Positions 19,288-27,643 of a DNA stretch of 61,034 nt are shown here, piece by piece. This stretch comes from a virus: positions 1-61,034 of the IMG/VR virus record IMGVR_UViG_3300035540_000034; one strand, written 5' to 3'. Under the pieces are notes generated by a model, which was given only the letters and a program-made list of their open reading frames with translations, did not search any database and had not been told where the DNA came from. The translations under genes were made by a program, and so were the position numbers. Position 1 is the first letter of the stretch. Each line of letters begins with the position of its first letter.

Positions 19288-19668
19288 TTATCCCTTTAAT
19301 TGACTTAAGTCTTCTGGTTTAAGAAAGGAAGATTTGGTTTTATATAGGAAAAAGTCAGCCCTATAGAGCTTTCCTTTATCAATGATAAATCCCCATTTTT
19401 CATAGTCTTCTCCTATAAGAACAACAGTACAGTTGTTAACAAATGGAGATATTGCTGTTAACCAAGACTCGACATGATACCACTTGCACTCATCGGTAGG
19501 GTATGTAAGCCTACCATCTTCTTTCAAAGATAATAGATCAAGTTCGCACATCCAATCAGGTGCTATGTCTGCTGCCACTTTCATTTTAATCTCAGAAAGT
19601 AAGCCGCGTAGACCTTGCTTGTCCTTGATATCCATATCGACTATTCTTAAGTAACTGTAGTATCCCAT
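19288..19668 (-). CDS. Paralog family B, copy 2 (126 aa)
   Basis: YLRIVDMDIKDKQGLRGLLSEIKMK. GAGGAGG RBS. Confidence 0.6.
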   Translation of the reverse strand: MGYYSYLRIVDMDIKDKQGLRGLLSEIKMKVAADIAPDWMCELDLLSLKEDGRLTYPTDECKWYHVESWLTAISPFVNNCTVVLIGEDYEKWGFIIDKGKLYRADFFLYKTKSSFLKPEDLSQLKG

Positions 19669-19669
19669 A

Positions 19670-20431
19670 TTACCTCCTCATTTTATCAGCAACTACCTGT
19701 GTTCGTAGTTTTGATAGAAGTTTTTTTGGTAATGGTTTGCTTATGTTAGCTTTGTATTCTCCTGAGTAAAAGTAAAAAACAGGAAGTTCATTCAAAGAAG
19801 GATCTTCTAACTTTTTCAGTGATAACACTAATTTTAGCAGTGTTTCTGTATCGTAGCACTCATTGTTGACTTCTACTCTTAACCTGCCTGACTTTAGTTT
19901 GAATATCTTCAGCTTCAAACCCATATTATGTGCATAAGGGTTTGATAACTTAGAAGCATTCTTCTTTAAGACAGATATAGGGGTGTTCATATAAGAAGAA
20001 TTATTAGAACAATACTTCACAGCAGAATATAAACTTAAGGTTGCCTTAAACACACAAGGCCAAGGCCTGTCAAAGTAAGCAACTTGATCATCATAGTATG
20101 TTTTCGTCCAGGGGGAGGGTGTTTCTGCTATTTGTTTGATAGCATTGGTAACGGAAATCCTTGTCCATTTTACGTGAGAATAAGAGATTGTGTATTTCTT
20201 ATCCCAGTGTGTGTAAAGTTCACAGGAGTATGCTGCCAAACTTCGTTTTGTCGAGAATATTACTATTCCGTTATCAGGTGTGCAAGCATAGGCAACTAAT
20301 TCTGTATTCTTAAAGAAGTATTTCATAAGAGTTTTCTTATTTTTGTTAACTACTACATGTCTATCTGTATTCTCGTGGTTAATAAGTAGGTTATCTGGGT
20401 CAACTTCACGTAAGAATTGTTGTATATTCAT
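19670..20431 (-). CDS. Paralog family A, copy 1 (253 aa)
   Basis: Shares ELVAY..TP.N.I.IFSTK..LAAYSC, K.KSG.LRVEV.N and the VADK C-terminus with 20442..21191. Confidence 0.65.
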   Translation of the reverse strand: MNIQQFLREVDPDNLLINHENTDRHVVVNKNKKTLMKYFFKNTELVAYACTPDNGIVIFSTKRSLAAYSCELYTHWDKKYTISYSHVKWTRISVTNAIKQIAETPSPWTKTYYDDQVAYFDRPWPCVFKATLSLYSAVKYCSNNSSYMNTPISVLKKNASKLSNPYAHNMGLKLKIFKLKSGRLRVEVNNECYDTETLLKLVLSLKKLEDPSLNELPVFYFYSGEYKANISKPLPKKLLSKLRTQVVADKMRR

Positions 20432-20441
20432 CTTAACCCTC

Positions 20442-21191
20442 TTAAGCTGACTTTTTTATTTTATCAGCTACAGCTTGCGCATAAAGTTTTTTCTCAATAT
20501 CTTTTGAGAAGAACCTTTTAACACTGACAATACAACCACTACTTGACCAACGATATTTAATCTTTGGTAAGTCAGCAATATATGGGTCAGGATTATGCCT
20601 TAGAATATCAAAAGACTTGGCAACGTCTTCTGGGTCAATACGCTTGTTGTCGACTTCTACTCTTAACTTGCCTGACTTTAGCTTATAGATTTTTAAGCTT
20701 TCGGGATAAAGGCGATCAGAAATGTTCCTGTTTCTTTCCGCTCCTATAGCTGTAGAAGAAACAGGTGTTTGTGTAAAAGCAAGTTCATGCGAAATAAAAC
20801 GTATGCTTACTCTTGTCGAAAATATAACAGGCCAAGGTTTATTACTATAAGTAACTTGGTTACTCCAATTACTACCTTTCCACAAAGAAGACCTTTTTAT
20901 GAGTCCCAAAGCTTCTGTTACATCTATGCGATGCCACATGAACTGTTTGTATATATTTTTCAGTCCAAAATGAGCTAATGTGCAGGAGTAAGCTGCTAAT
21001 CCAAGCTTCGTGGAAAAGATAATTATAGCATTACCAGGAGTATACCCATAAGCAACTAATTCTACGTCTGTTTTAAGATACTCTAGAATTATTCTGCTGT
21101 TATTGTATCCTATGGTATGTCTTGCTGAAGACTTAAAGTTAGAGACAGACCTCAATGGGTCTATCCTCTTTAATAGTTCTAGTAAAGTCAT
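20442..21191 (-). CDS. Paralog family A, copy 2 (249 aa)
   Basis: Collinear similarity to 19670..20431 along the whole length. GGGAGG RBS. Confidence 0.65.
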   Translation of the reverse strand: MTLLELLKRIDPLRSVSNFKSSARHTIGYNNSRIILEYLKTDVELVAYGYTPGNAIIIFSTKLGLAAYSCTLAHFGLKNIYKQFMWHRIDVTEALGLIKRSSLWKGSNWSNQVTYSNKPWPVIFSTRVSIRFISHELAFTQTPVSSTAIGAERNRNISDRLYPESLKIYKLKSGKLRVEVDNKRIDPEDVAKSFDILRHNPDPYIADLPKIKYRWSSSGCIVSVKRFFSKDIEKKLYAQAVADKIKKSA

Positions 21192-21202
21192 ACAACCTCC
21201 CT

Positions 21203-22207
21203 TTATGCTAATATAATGTCTTGATTTTCTGTAGCCCAGTCGCTAAAAGCTTCTGTTTCAGCGAGGGATTTCTTCTGTCGACAGAAATCTCTTACTACCA
21301 TTACCTGAAACTCTCGTTGCATTCTTTGTATAAACTTCATGAGTTTATTTATATTCTTCTTGTTAATATTCTTTACAAGAAGCCCACTAAGTGCATAAAG
21401 TGTAGACGCTTTAGTTGGCATTTCGATACCCTCTGGGTCATCGATAATGTCTTTTATGTTAGGGAGTTGGTCGTATGTTTCGGTGAAGGCTATGTATTCA
21501 GCAGCAAAACCTTCTCCGGCAGCTCCAGAGATTGCTTCGTAACGAAGATCTCTTGGTAGCCCATTGTTGATCATGCGACCAACTGCTGCTACACTTCTAG
21601 GACAAGGACTATTAACAATGTCACTTGTTGCCTTGAAGTTGTGAAGCAGGTCAGGTCTAAACCTGATAAAAGCAATCAGCAGAGGTGGTACGTTGTTGTT
21701 GAAAGCCCATTCAATCCAATCATCAGTACTTACCTCTAGCTCTACAATAGAAGCAAATCTACTTTTAACAGGCTCCAATATACCTTGTACGCCTGCTTTA
21801 TCTTTGCGTCTATTGGTAGCTGCCAGAAAGATAACTTTATCAGACACTTTGTGTCCGTTGATTCTTCTGGCTAATATTAGCTGCATAGCTGCTGCTTGTA
21901 CTGCTGCTGGTGCTTGCCCTAAGTCGTCCATAAAGAAGACTGTAGGTTTATCAGCTTTAATCAGCTGTACTAAGTCTCCAAAAGGCAAGAACTCTGCCAT
22001 GTCTTTGTCTTTTGCCGGAAAGGGTAGTCCTTTGTAGTCAGTGGGATCGCTTACTACTGGATGACTAACAACCAGCTTATATCCAAGACTCTGACAAGCT
22101 TGTTGTACTATATCTGTTTTTCCAATGCCGGGTGCTCCCTTAATTAGCACCGGTTCCTTTTCCTGAATCATAAACTTCAGGAAATTTGTTAAATGTTTAG
22201 CTCTCAT
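21203..22207 (-). CDS. MoxR/CobS-like AAA+ ATPase (AAA_5 type)
   Basis: GAPGIGKT (Walker A) and VFFMDDLG (Walker B). Size and layout are typical of MoxR-class ATPases that pair with vWA proteins. Confidence 0.8.
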   Translation of the reverse strand: MRAKHLTNFLKFMIQEKEPVLIKGAPGIGKTDIVQQACQSLGYKLVVSHPVVSDPTDYKGLPFPAKDKDMAEFLPFGDLVQLIKADKPTVFFMDDLGQAPAAVQAAAMQLILARRINGHKVSDKVIFLAATNRRKDKAGVQGILEPVKSRFASIVELEVSTDDWIEWAFNNNVPPLLIAFIRFRPDLLHNFKATSDIVNSPCPRSVAAVGRMINNGLPRDLRYEAISGAAGEGFAAEYIAFTETYDQLPNIKDIIDDPEGIEMPTKASTLYALSGLLVKNINKKNINKLMKFIQRMQREFQVMVVRDFCRQKKSLAETEAFSDWATENQDIILA

Positions 22208-22380
22208 TATGTCCTCCTATTTTTTTTCTTTTTCTTTGTTAACATCTCTTTTATAGCCTCATTGTTGATGAAGCTAATTGTTTCAGAGTCAACTTTACTA
22301 AAATCAAGAGCCAGTAAGTATGTAGCAAAACTCAGTTTCCTGAATGTTTTTACTAGAGTGATGAGGTTTTGCTAGATTGT

Positions 22381-23190
22381 TTAGAAATTTACTAGCTCGC
22401 ATTCTTTCTCCTCTTGATTTTTCATAAACTTGTTTTTGACTAAGGTTGTTGTTATTTTCTTTTTGATAAAATCAGGAACCTCTATCTCAAAGTCTGTAGT
22501 TACGTAACCTCCAAGTTTATCTATACTACAGCGACCTAGCTCGATAAGCTGTTTTACATTACTTAAGGTAATGTTTTGGATGGTTAGACTGAAATTTGAG
22601 GGAAACCTTGTTGGTGTCAGAATTGAAAAGAGACGACCGTCTTGCTTCTCAATGAAATCTATCCTTACTTCTTCATGTCTATTTTTTAGAGCTGCAAAAC
22701 TTAGATTGGCTGTAATTGAGAAGATAGGTGGTTTTAGGCTGTCCCTCTTATAAAAGGTTTTATACGGGCTCTTAAGGTTAAGTTTATATGATTTGCTCTG
22801 TTGCTTTGATTTTATTTTTTCAATCAACCTAACAGCTTCATACACCCTTAGCAGTTGAGTCTCGTACCTTGTAATAGGTTCATAAGTTCTTCCTGTATAT
22901 GTTGCGGGACCCATTATAATAAATCCCATCAAACTATACTGAAAATCTTCTGGAAGAATATCTTTAGTATCGTAACTGTCACAAGCTAATCTACTTGTGA
23001 TGATGATAGCTTCGTGATTATTTAAGTAGGCTACTGCTTGTATGGGTTGGTTATGCTTTTCTAAACACAGCCAAGGTTTAGGATAGTAGTTATGATTAAT
23101 AAAAAGCATTTTATCAAAGACTCTGTCTATATCAACATAAGATGGAGTTATCTTTTCGATAACATCATTAAGTGTGGTAAGTGTGGTCAT
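22381..23190 (-). CDS. Distant paralog of family A, copy 3 (269 aa)
   Basis: AVAYLNNHEAIIITSRLACDSY resembles the ELVAY...IFSTK..LAAYSC core. Similar length. AGGAGG RBS. Confidence 0.5.
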   Translation of the reverse strand: MTTLTTLNDVIEKITPSYVDIDRVFDKMLFINHNYYPKPWLCLEKHNQPIQAVAYLNNHEAIIITSRLACDSYDTKDILPEDFQYSLMGFIIMGPATYTGRTYEPITRYETQLLRVYEAVRLIEKIKSKQQSKSYKLNLKSPYKTFYKRDSLKPPIFSITANLSFAALKNRHEEVRIDFIEKQDGRLFSILTPTRFPSNFSLTIQNITLSNVKQLIELGRCSIDKLGGYVTTDFEIEVPDFIKKKITTTLVKNKFMKNQEEKECELVNF

Positions 23191-23371
23191 GTGTCCTCCT
23201 AAAAATAAAGGAGAACTCCCATGTGGTAGAGCTCTCTCTTTGGTACCGATTTAAACCTAAAGTACAAATAAATATTAAACAGTTGAATAATTTTTGTAGC
23301 TAGCACTACAGGTGCTAACGAGTGTTTAACATCTTTTGCCACATGTCCAAAATTATGATAGTAACGGTTGT

Positions 23372-23584
23372 CTAATCCTGAAGCATATCATCCAGAGTAA
23401 TCTGGCTAAGCTCTTCAGGCTGTTTGACGGGTTTATCCTCGAAGAAGTCAGGATCAAAATACTCAGAAGAAAAATATCTGTTCAAGATATCTTCAGCTAG
23501 AGCTTTGACCTGGCTAATGTTAAGCGGCCCATAATGTTTTTGAGCCTCTCTGATCATCCAATCTTCTATAAAAAACTGTCTCAT
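23372..23584 (-). CDS. Small acidic protein (70 aa) sharing an N-terminal motif with 24701..25012
   Basis: ILNRYFSSEYFDPDFF versus IIERYLNTEHFDPNLV. Confidence 0.5.
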   Translation of the reverse strand: MRQFFIEDWMIREAQKHYGPLNISQVKALAEDILNRYFSSEYFDPDFFEDKPVKQPEELSQITLDDMLQD

Positions 23585-23958
23585 TCTTTCTTCCCTTCTA
23601 ACTTCAATCTTATAACGAAGTTTTTGATGTGGTTATCTCCTAGTGTTTTGGAAATATCACTAGAAACTATAATATTGTGGAAGATACCAGGTAAACTTCC
23701 ACCATTACGAAACTCGTTGTCTAATACCCTATCATAAGTGTTTGCTGTATCCTTTGCAACTTTATGAGGAGCACAGATAAGGGCAGGGACTACAATGTGT
23801 TGGTTATGGAAAAGCAGGAGATAGAAGATATCTCCTCTGTATTTTGATCTGATACTTGTAATCTTACTAAGAAAATACAATGGTTTTATAGGCCCAAGCT
23901 TAGCTTGTAAGATAAGCTTAGGCTGTTTTAATAAGTATCCTGAATCAAATTCTTTCAA
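23581..23958 (-). CDS. Hypothetical protein (125 aa), non-ATG (TTG) start
   Basis: ORF has no ATG and no clear RBS. Retained because its stop overlaps the next start. Confidence 0.35.
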   Translation of the reverse strand: MKEFDSGYLLKQPKLILQAKLGPIKPLYFLSKITSIRSKYRGDIFYLLLFHNQHIVVPALICAPHKVAKDTANTYDRVLDNEFRNGGSLPGIFHNIIVSSDISKTLGDNHIKNFVIRLKLEGKKE

Positions 23959-24261
23959 GTACTTGTTATGACAGTAAAGCTTTTTTAGTTTTGTTTTGCC
24001 TATCTGAAATAAAGAGAGAAAGTTATCTATATCTTTTTTCTGTAATGAAATACTCTCTCTCTCTATTATATGCTATGTTTCCTAGGTGACGGTTATCATA
24101 ACTACGGATTCCAACAAATATAGGACATGCTAGTTCCATAATACTAGTTATATGTTTCTTTGATTCTTTGATACTTCTGATTCCAAACGATAAGAAGGTT
24201 CTTATCATTTGTTTGTACTACGAGATGGTGTAATTTGCATATATCATGCAAGGTTACAGCC

Positions 24262-24699
24262 TCATTCATCTGCTTTCTTAAGTGTGACATATGATAAGTC
24301 CTCCTTACTTATTTTAATGCACAGTGGCATACGGATACCATGTGCACCTTGTTCTAAAACTTCTATCTCTTTTCCTTCAAGAAGAGATTTTACTTCTTCT
24401 TCAAGAAGATTGATAACAACTTTGCGATTGTGCCTTTCCCATATTAGGGGTCGGCTAATCTTATGATCGATAAGTAGGAAATTAGGTTCCCTATCATAAA
24501 CAAAGTCGATTATACGTTCTTCGTCTTCACATGTAAGGTCATCATTATAGTATGACCCTAAAATAAAACCGCTTTCATCAAGACAGCAAAGAATCAAGTC
24601 TTGCTTCTTATAATTGGAAGCAATGCCTTTTATGACCCTGTATTTGTAGCCATCTCGTGCTACTACTGTCATTCCGGTCACAAGATCACTTTTTTTCAT
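24262..24699 (-). CDS. Hypothetical protein (145 aa)
   Basis: GGGGGGAGG upstream of the ATG. Adjacent to the stop of 24701..25012. Confidence 0.6.
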   Translation of the reverse strand: MKKSDLVTGMTVVARDGYKYRVIKGIASNYKKQDLILCCLDESGFILGSYYNDDLTCEDEERIIDFVYDREPNFLLIDHKISRPLIWERHNRKVVINLLEEEVKSLLEGKEIEVLEQGAHGIRMPLCIKISKEDLSYVTLKKADE

Positions 24700-24700
24700 T

Positions 24701-25012
24701 TTACCTCCCCCCCCCTAATCTATTCGTGGATGCCCTGCTTTGCAGTTTTTTGCATACACAATGTTCTTCTAGCTCATTTGGATGTGTGGGAAACATCCTA
24801 TAAGCTTTTGCTTTTTCTCCACAATATGAACACTCAGAATAATTATCGTCTTCGTCTTCAATGACAAGATTAGGATCAAAGTGTTCAGTATTCAGGTATC
24901 TTTCGATGATATCGTAAACTAAAGTTTCTACCGTAAAGTAACTTGAGTTACCATAACATCCTTCGATTTCTTTTCTTGTCTCATCACCTATCATGATGTT
25001 TATATTTAACAT
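24701..25012 (-). CDS. Small protein with C-terminal Cys cluster (103 aa)
   Basis: CSYCGEK...HCVCKK. AGGAGG RBS. Confidence 0.55.
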   Translation of the reverse strand: MLNINIMIGDETRKEIEGCYGNSSYFTVETLVYDIIERYLNTEHFDPNLVIEDEDDNYSECSYCGEKAKAYRMFPTHPNELEEHCVCKKLQSRASTNRLGGGR

Positions 25013-25067
25013 GTTACCTCCTAAGGAATTGTAAAAAAAGATCGGCTTGGGTTGTACTATGCTTTAT

Positions 25068-25364
25068 TTAACAATATGGCGAGTATCTTGTTCCAAATTC
25101 TTTCTTTAACTTAGACAGACAATCATAGCACATATAATCGCCATGTGAGTCTGTTCTATCATAAAGAAAATTAAGAAACTCTTCGCTTTCGTCTAATTCA
25201 CTAAAATCAAACATATGATTTTCATGTTCAACCATATTGTCGTAACATTCTTGACACATTCCTGTGCCACAGTTAACGCAGATAAAATACTCTGCTATAT
25301 TACCATTATCACAGTATTTACATACCTTGTTATTTTTCTTCATATATCTTCCTTGGCTCTTCAA
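25068..25364 (-). CDS. Cys-rich zinc-finger protein (98 aa)
   Basis: CKYC..(13)..CVNCGTGMCQEC ... CYDC gives four CxxC pairs. Confidence 0.6.
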   Translation of the reverse strand: MKSQGRYMKKNNKVCKYCDNGNIAEYFICVNCGTGMCQECYDNMVEHENHMFDFSELDESEEFLNFLYDRTDSHGDYMCYDCLSKLKKEFGTRYSPYC

Positions 25365-25521
25365 CGATTTTTAGTCCTTCTATGCTTCTACATTTTGCTA
25401 ATTCTTCATCATCGACTTCTACTTCTTTAATTAGTACGTTAGACCTGCAATTATCACAGACAAACGGTCTTCCGTTTAGGTATAGTGTGTTACACATTCG
25501 GCATAAATATACTTTTCTCAT
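25330..25521 (-). CDS. Zinc-ribbon protein (63 aa)
   Basis: CRMC..(13)..CDNC. AGGAGG RBS. Confidence 0.55.
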   Translation of the reverse strand: MRKVYLCRMCNTLYLNGRPFVCDNCRSNVLIKEVEVDDEELAKCRSIEGLKIVEEPRKIYEEK

Positions 25522-25551
25522 TACTTATCCTCCTAAGTTTGTAGTTGCCCA

Positions 25552-26034
25552 CTAACAGTGAACATCGGCAAAAACAATGTATTTTTTATTACCAAATGAG
25601 ATGTCCATCAGATTTGTCAGACCAGGTTGGTCTAGCTGCCATGAATACAGCTCTGATGACCATAAGTTAAATTCTTCTTGGTGGAATCTTTTTTGCTCAG
25701 TTTTGAATTTACAATACTCAACTAACTGATCCCATTGGTAAACATTCAAACTGTCTTCATTCATTTTGAAAGCAGTTATGGTTGTGACTAAGTCTTGGTT
25801 AAGATAGAGATGATTTGCAGCCTCTAATATAAACTTTTTAACACGTGCAAGATTCCAGGTCTGAAAAAAGTGTCGAGGCTTACCTTCAAACAAAACTTCG
25901 TCATCTTCACTGATGGCTCCCATAACTGTTTTCCAGTTATTGAAACTTCCCCACTCTTCTGTGGTTTGTTCTACAAACTTCATAGCCTCTTTATGCGAAG
26001 AGGCTTTAACTGAGAATAGATGGGTAACATGCAT
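25552..26034 (-). CDS. Hypothetical protein (160 aa)
   Basis: AGGAGG RBS. No motif recognised. Confidence 0.6.
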   Translation of the reverse strand: MHVTHLFSVKASSHKEAMKFVEQTTEEWGSFNNWKTVMGAISEDDEVLFEGKPRHFFQTWNLARVKKFILEAANHLYLNQDLVTTITAFKMNEDSLNVYQWDQLVEYCKFKTEQKRFHQEEFNLWSSELYSWQLDQPGLTNLMDISFGNKKYIVFADVHC

Positions 26035-26042
26035 AGAGCCTC

Positions 26043-26282
26043 CTATGCTCTCTTCTGGAACAATTCACAGGTTGAGTGGTATGGGTTTTTCGAGAATATC
26101 ACAACATTTTGAGAGTTACCTTCCATCTTTCCCAGAACATTACACCCGTAAGCGTATATTTCGCCCATAGTTTTTGTTGTGGTAAATTCTGGATGATAAC
26201 GAATTATTACTTGATGTGCGCATTCACAACAACAGCCACCAAATTCTTTTCTTATCTCAGGGTCTAGTGTGCATTTACTCAT
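26043..26282 (-). CDS. Cys-rich small protein (79 aa)
   Basis: GGCCCECAH ... YGC ... STC. First gene after the non-coding island. Confidence 0.55.
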   Translation of the reverse strand: MSKCTLDPEIRKEFGGCCCECAHQVIIRYHPEFTTTKTMGEIYAYGCNVLGKMEGNSQNVVIFSKNPYHSTCELFQKRA

Positions 26283-26637
26283 AATAATAATGTCCTTTCA
26301 GATTTTTTCAAGCCTGCCATCATTTTCTGAGCAATAAAAGGTATCATGGAGCATAAGGTTCTAAACATGCTAAATGTCATCCTATACTCTACTAATACAT
26401 TCTGTTGCTACTCTACAGCAGGTCTTTTTTACCTAATCTTATCAGTTGTTAGCATTACTTTTAAAAAGTAATACAAATGCTGAATCAAAAAGGTGGTTAA
26501 AGTTGGTTATTAAGAAGTAAAATAATAAGAGATACCTCTGTATATTATTATAATGATAGAACATACACAAGGAACAAACATAGTAATTATTGACAATATA
26601 ACTTACTTAGTAGATGAGATGTCTCTTATAATATAAT

Positions 26638-26964
26638 TTAGGCTGTCTGATCTCTTAGGTCAGACTTAGCCTTGTTAATTATCTGGTTTAGACGTCGGAT
26701 ATCTGGAAACAGATCTCCTTTGACGTCGTTGATAAGTTTTACTCTTTGTTGTCTTAATTCTTCTATTGTTTCTGCTAGAGCTTCTCCTGAAGTTCTTTCC
26801 AGGTTATCTAATTCAGAGAGAATGTGATTTCTATATTCCTCGGCTTTTTTTAGTTTTCTTTCTGGGTCGTCTTCTTGTTCCAAGTGATCTATTACTCTGT
26901 TTTTTACCTTTGTTAAAATATCTAAAGTTTTTTGTTGGTTGTTTTGATTTGTTTGTTGTTCCAT
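26638..26964 (-). CDS. Small coiled-coil protein (108 aa), isolated gene in the non-coding island
   Basis: ATG 26964 lies 7 nt after AAGGAG; the ORF-track start 27051 is an extension. Heptad-like charged sequence. Confidence 0.55.
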   Translation of the reverse strand: MEQQTNQNNQQKTLDILTKVKNRVIDHLEQEDDPERKLKKAEEYRNHILSELDNLERTSGEALAETIEELRQQRVKLINDVKGDLFPDIRRLNQIINKAKSDLRDQTA

Positions 26965-27321
26965 TTGTAACTCCTTATTATCATTTTGGATTAATAGATA
27001 GTAATAGGTGACCGCCATACTATCAATAGCGTGCTGGTGCTTCCCCAACATATTACGACAAACTTATATACTAAACTGTAAAATAACAGCAGACGACAAT
27101 AGTATACAAGACAGTATTTAGAGTCCTGGATTAAGACTGTTCCCACAATAGAGTATATATTATTAGTTTTTATAATTATTAGTAGTTGAGTGTAGTGTGT
27201 ATATTGGATTTAGTTAGATTATGAGGGTTAGTTATAGTGCCTTTCTAGCAACATTTTTCTTTCATTGTTAGGTTGAGATTAGAGGTTAGGTTAGGCAGTG
27301 TCAATAAGAAGAGAAAACAGA

Positions 27322-27342
27322 CTATTGCAATAAGAGCAATAG
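27322..27342 (-). terminator. Rho-independent terminator after 27374..27643
   Basis: CTATTGC / GCAATAG 7-bp stem with a 7-nt loop. U-rich tract follows on the minus-sense RNA. Confidence 0.55.
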
Positions 27343-27373
27343 CCTGAAAACTAAAGGAGATGGTATAATAAAA

Positions 27374-27643
27374 TTAGACAAGAGATTTTAGTGCGATAAT
27401 TGGAACTAAGTCATTTACACCAAATGACTGTTTATTGTTATTACTGTTAGTATTAGTAATCAACTTATCGATTTTACCTGATAAGTTGTCAATGGATGAT
27501 GCAACTTTCTCTATGTTTTGAGCGTTGTTTTTGATTTGTTGACTTAGTTTGATGTTAGCTTGCTCAAGATTTGTGAGTCTTGAGTTAATGTCTTTGCTTT
27601 GTCTCTCTAAGTTTTTAATCCTAGTATTGTTTTCTTGTGGCAT
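27374..27643 (-). CDS. Small coiled-coil protein (89 aa), isolated gene in the non-coding island
   Basis: ATG 27643 lies 7 nt after AAGGAGGG. Asn/Gln/Ile-rich heptads. Confidence 0.55.
   Translation of the reverse strand: MPQENNTRIKNLERQSKDINSRLTNLEQANIKLSQQIKNNAQNIEKVASSIDNLSGKIDKLITNTNSNNNKQSFGVNDLVPIIALKSLV

Noticed and set aside
23959-24261. ORFs 24023..24208 (minus) and 24209..24466 (plus) in the gap after 24262..24699
   Set aside because: No convincing RBS for the minus ORF, and the plus ORF is antisense to a supported gene. The gap contains the palindrome TTGCAT-atatc-ATGCAA (24235-24251) and may be regulatory. Left unannotated.
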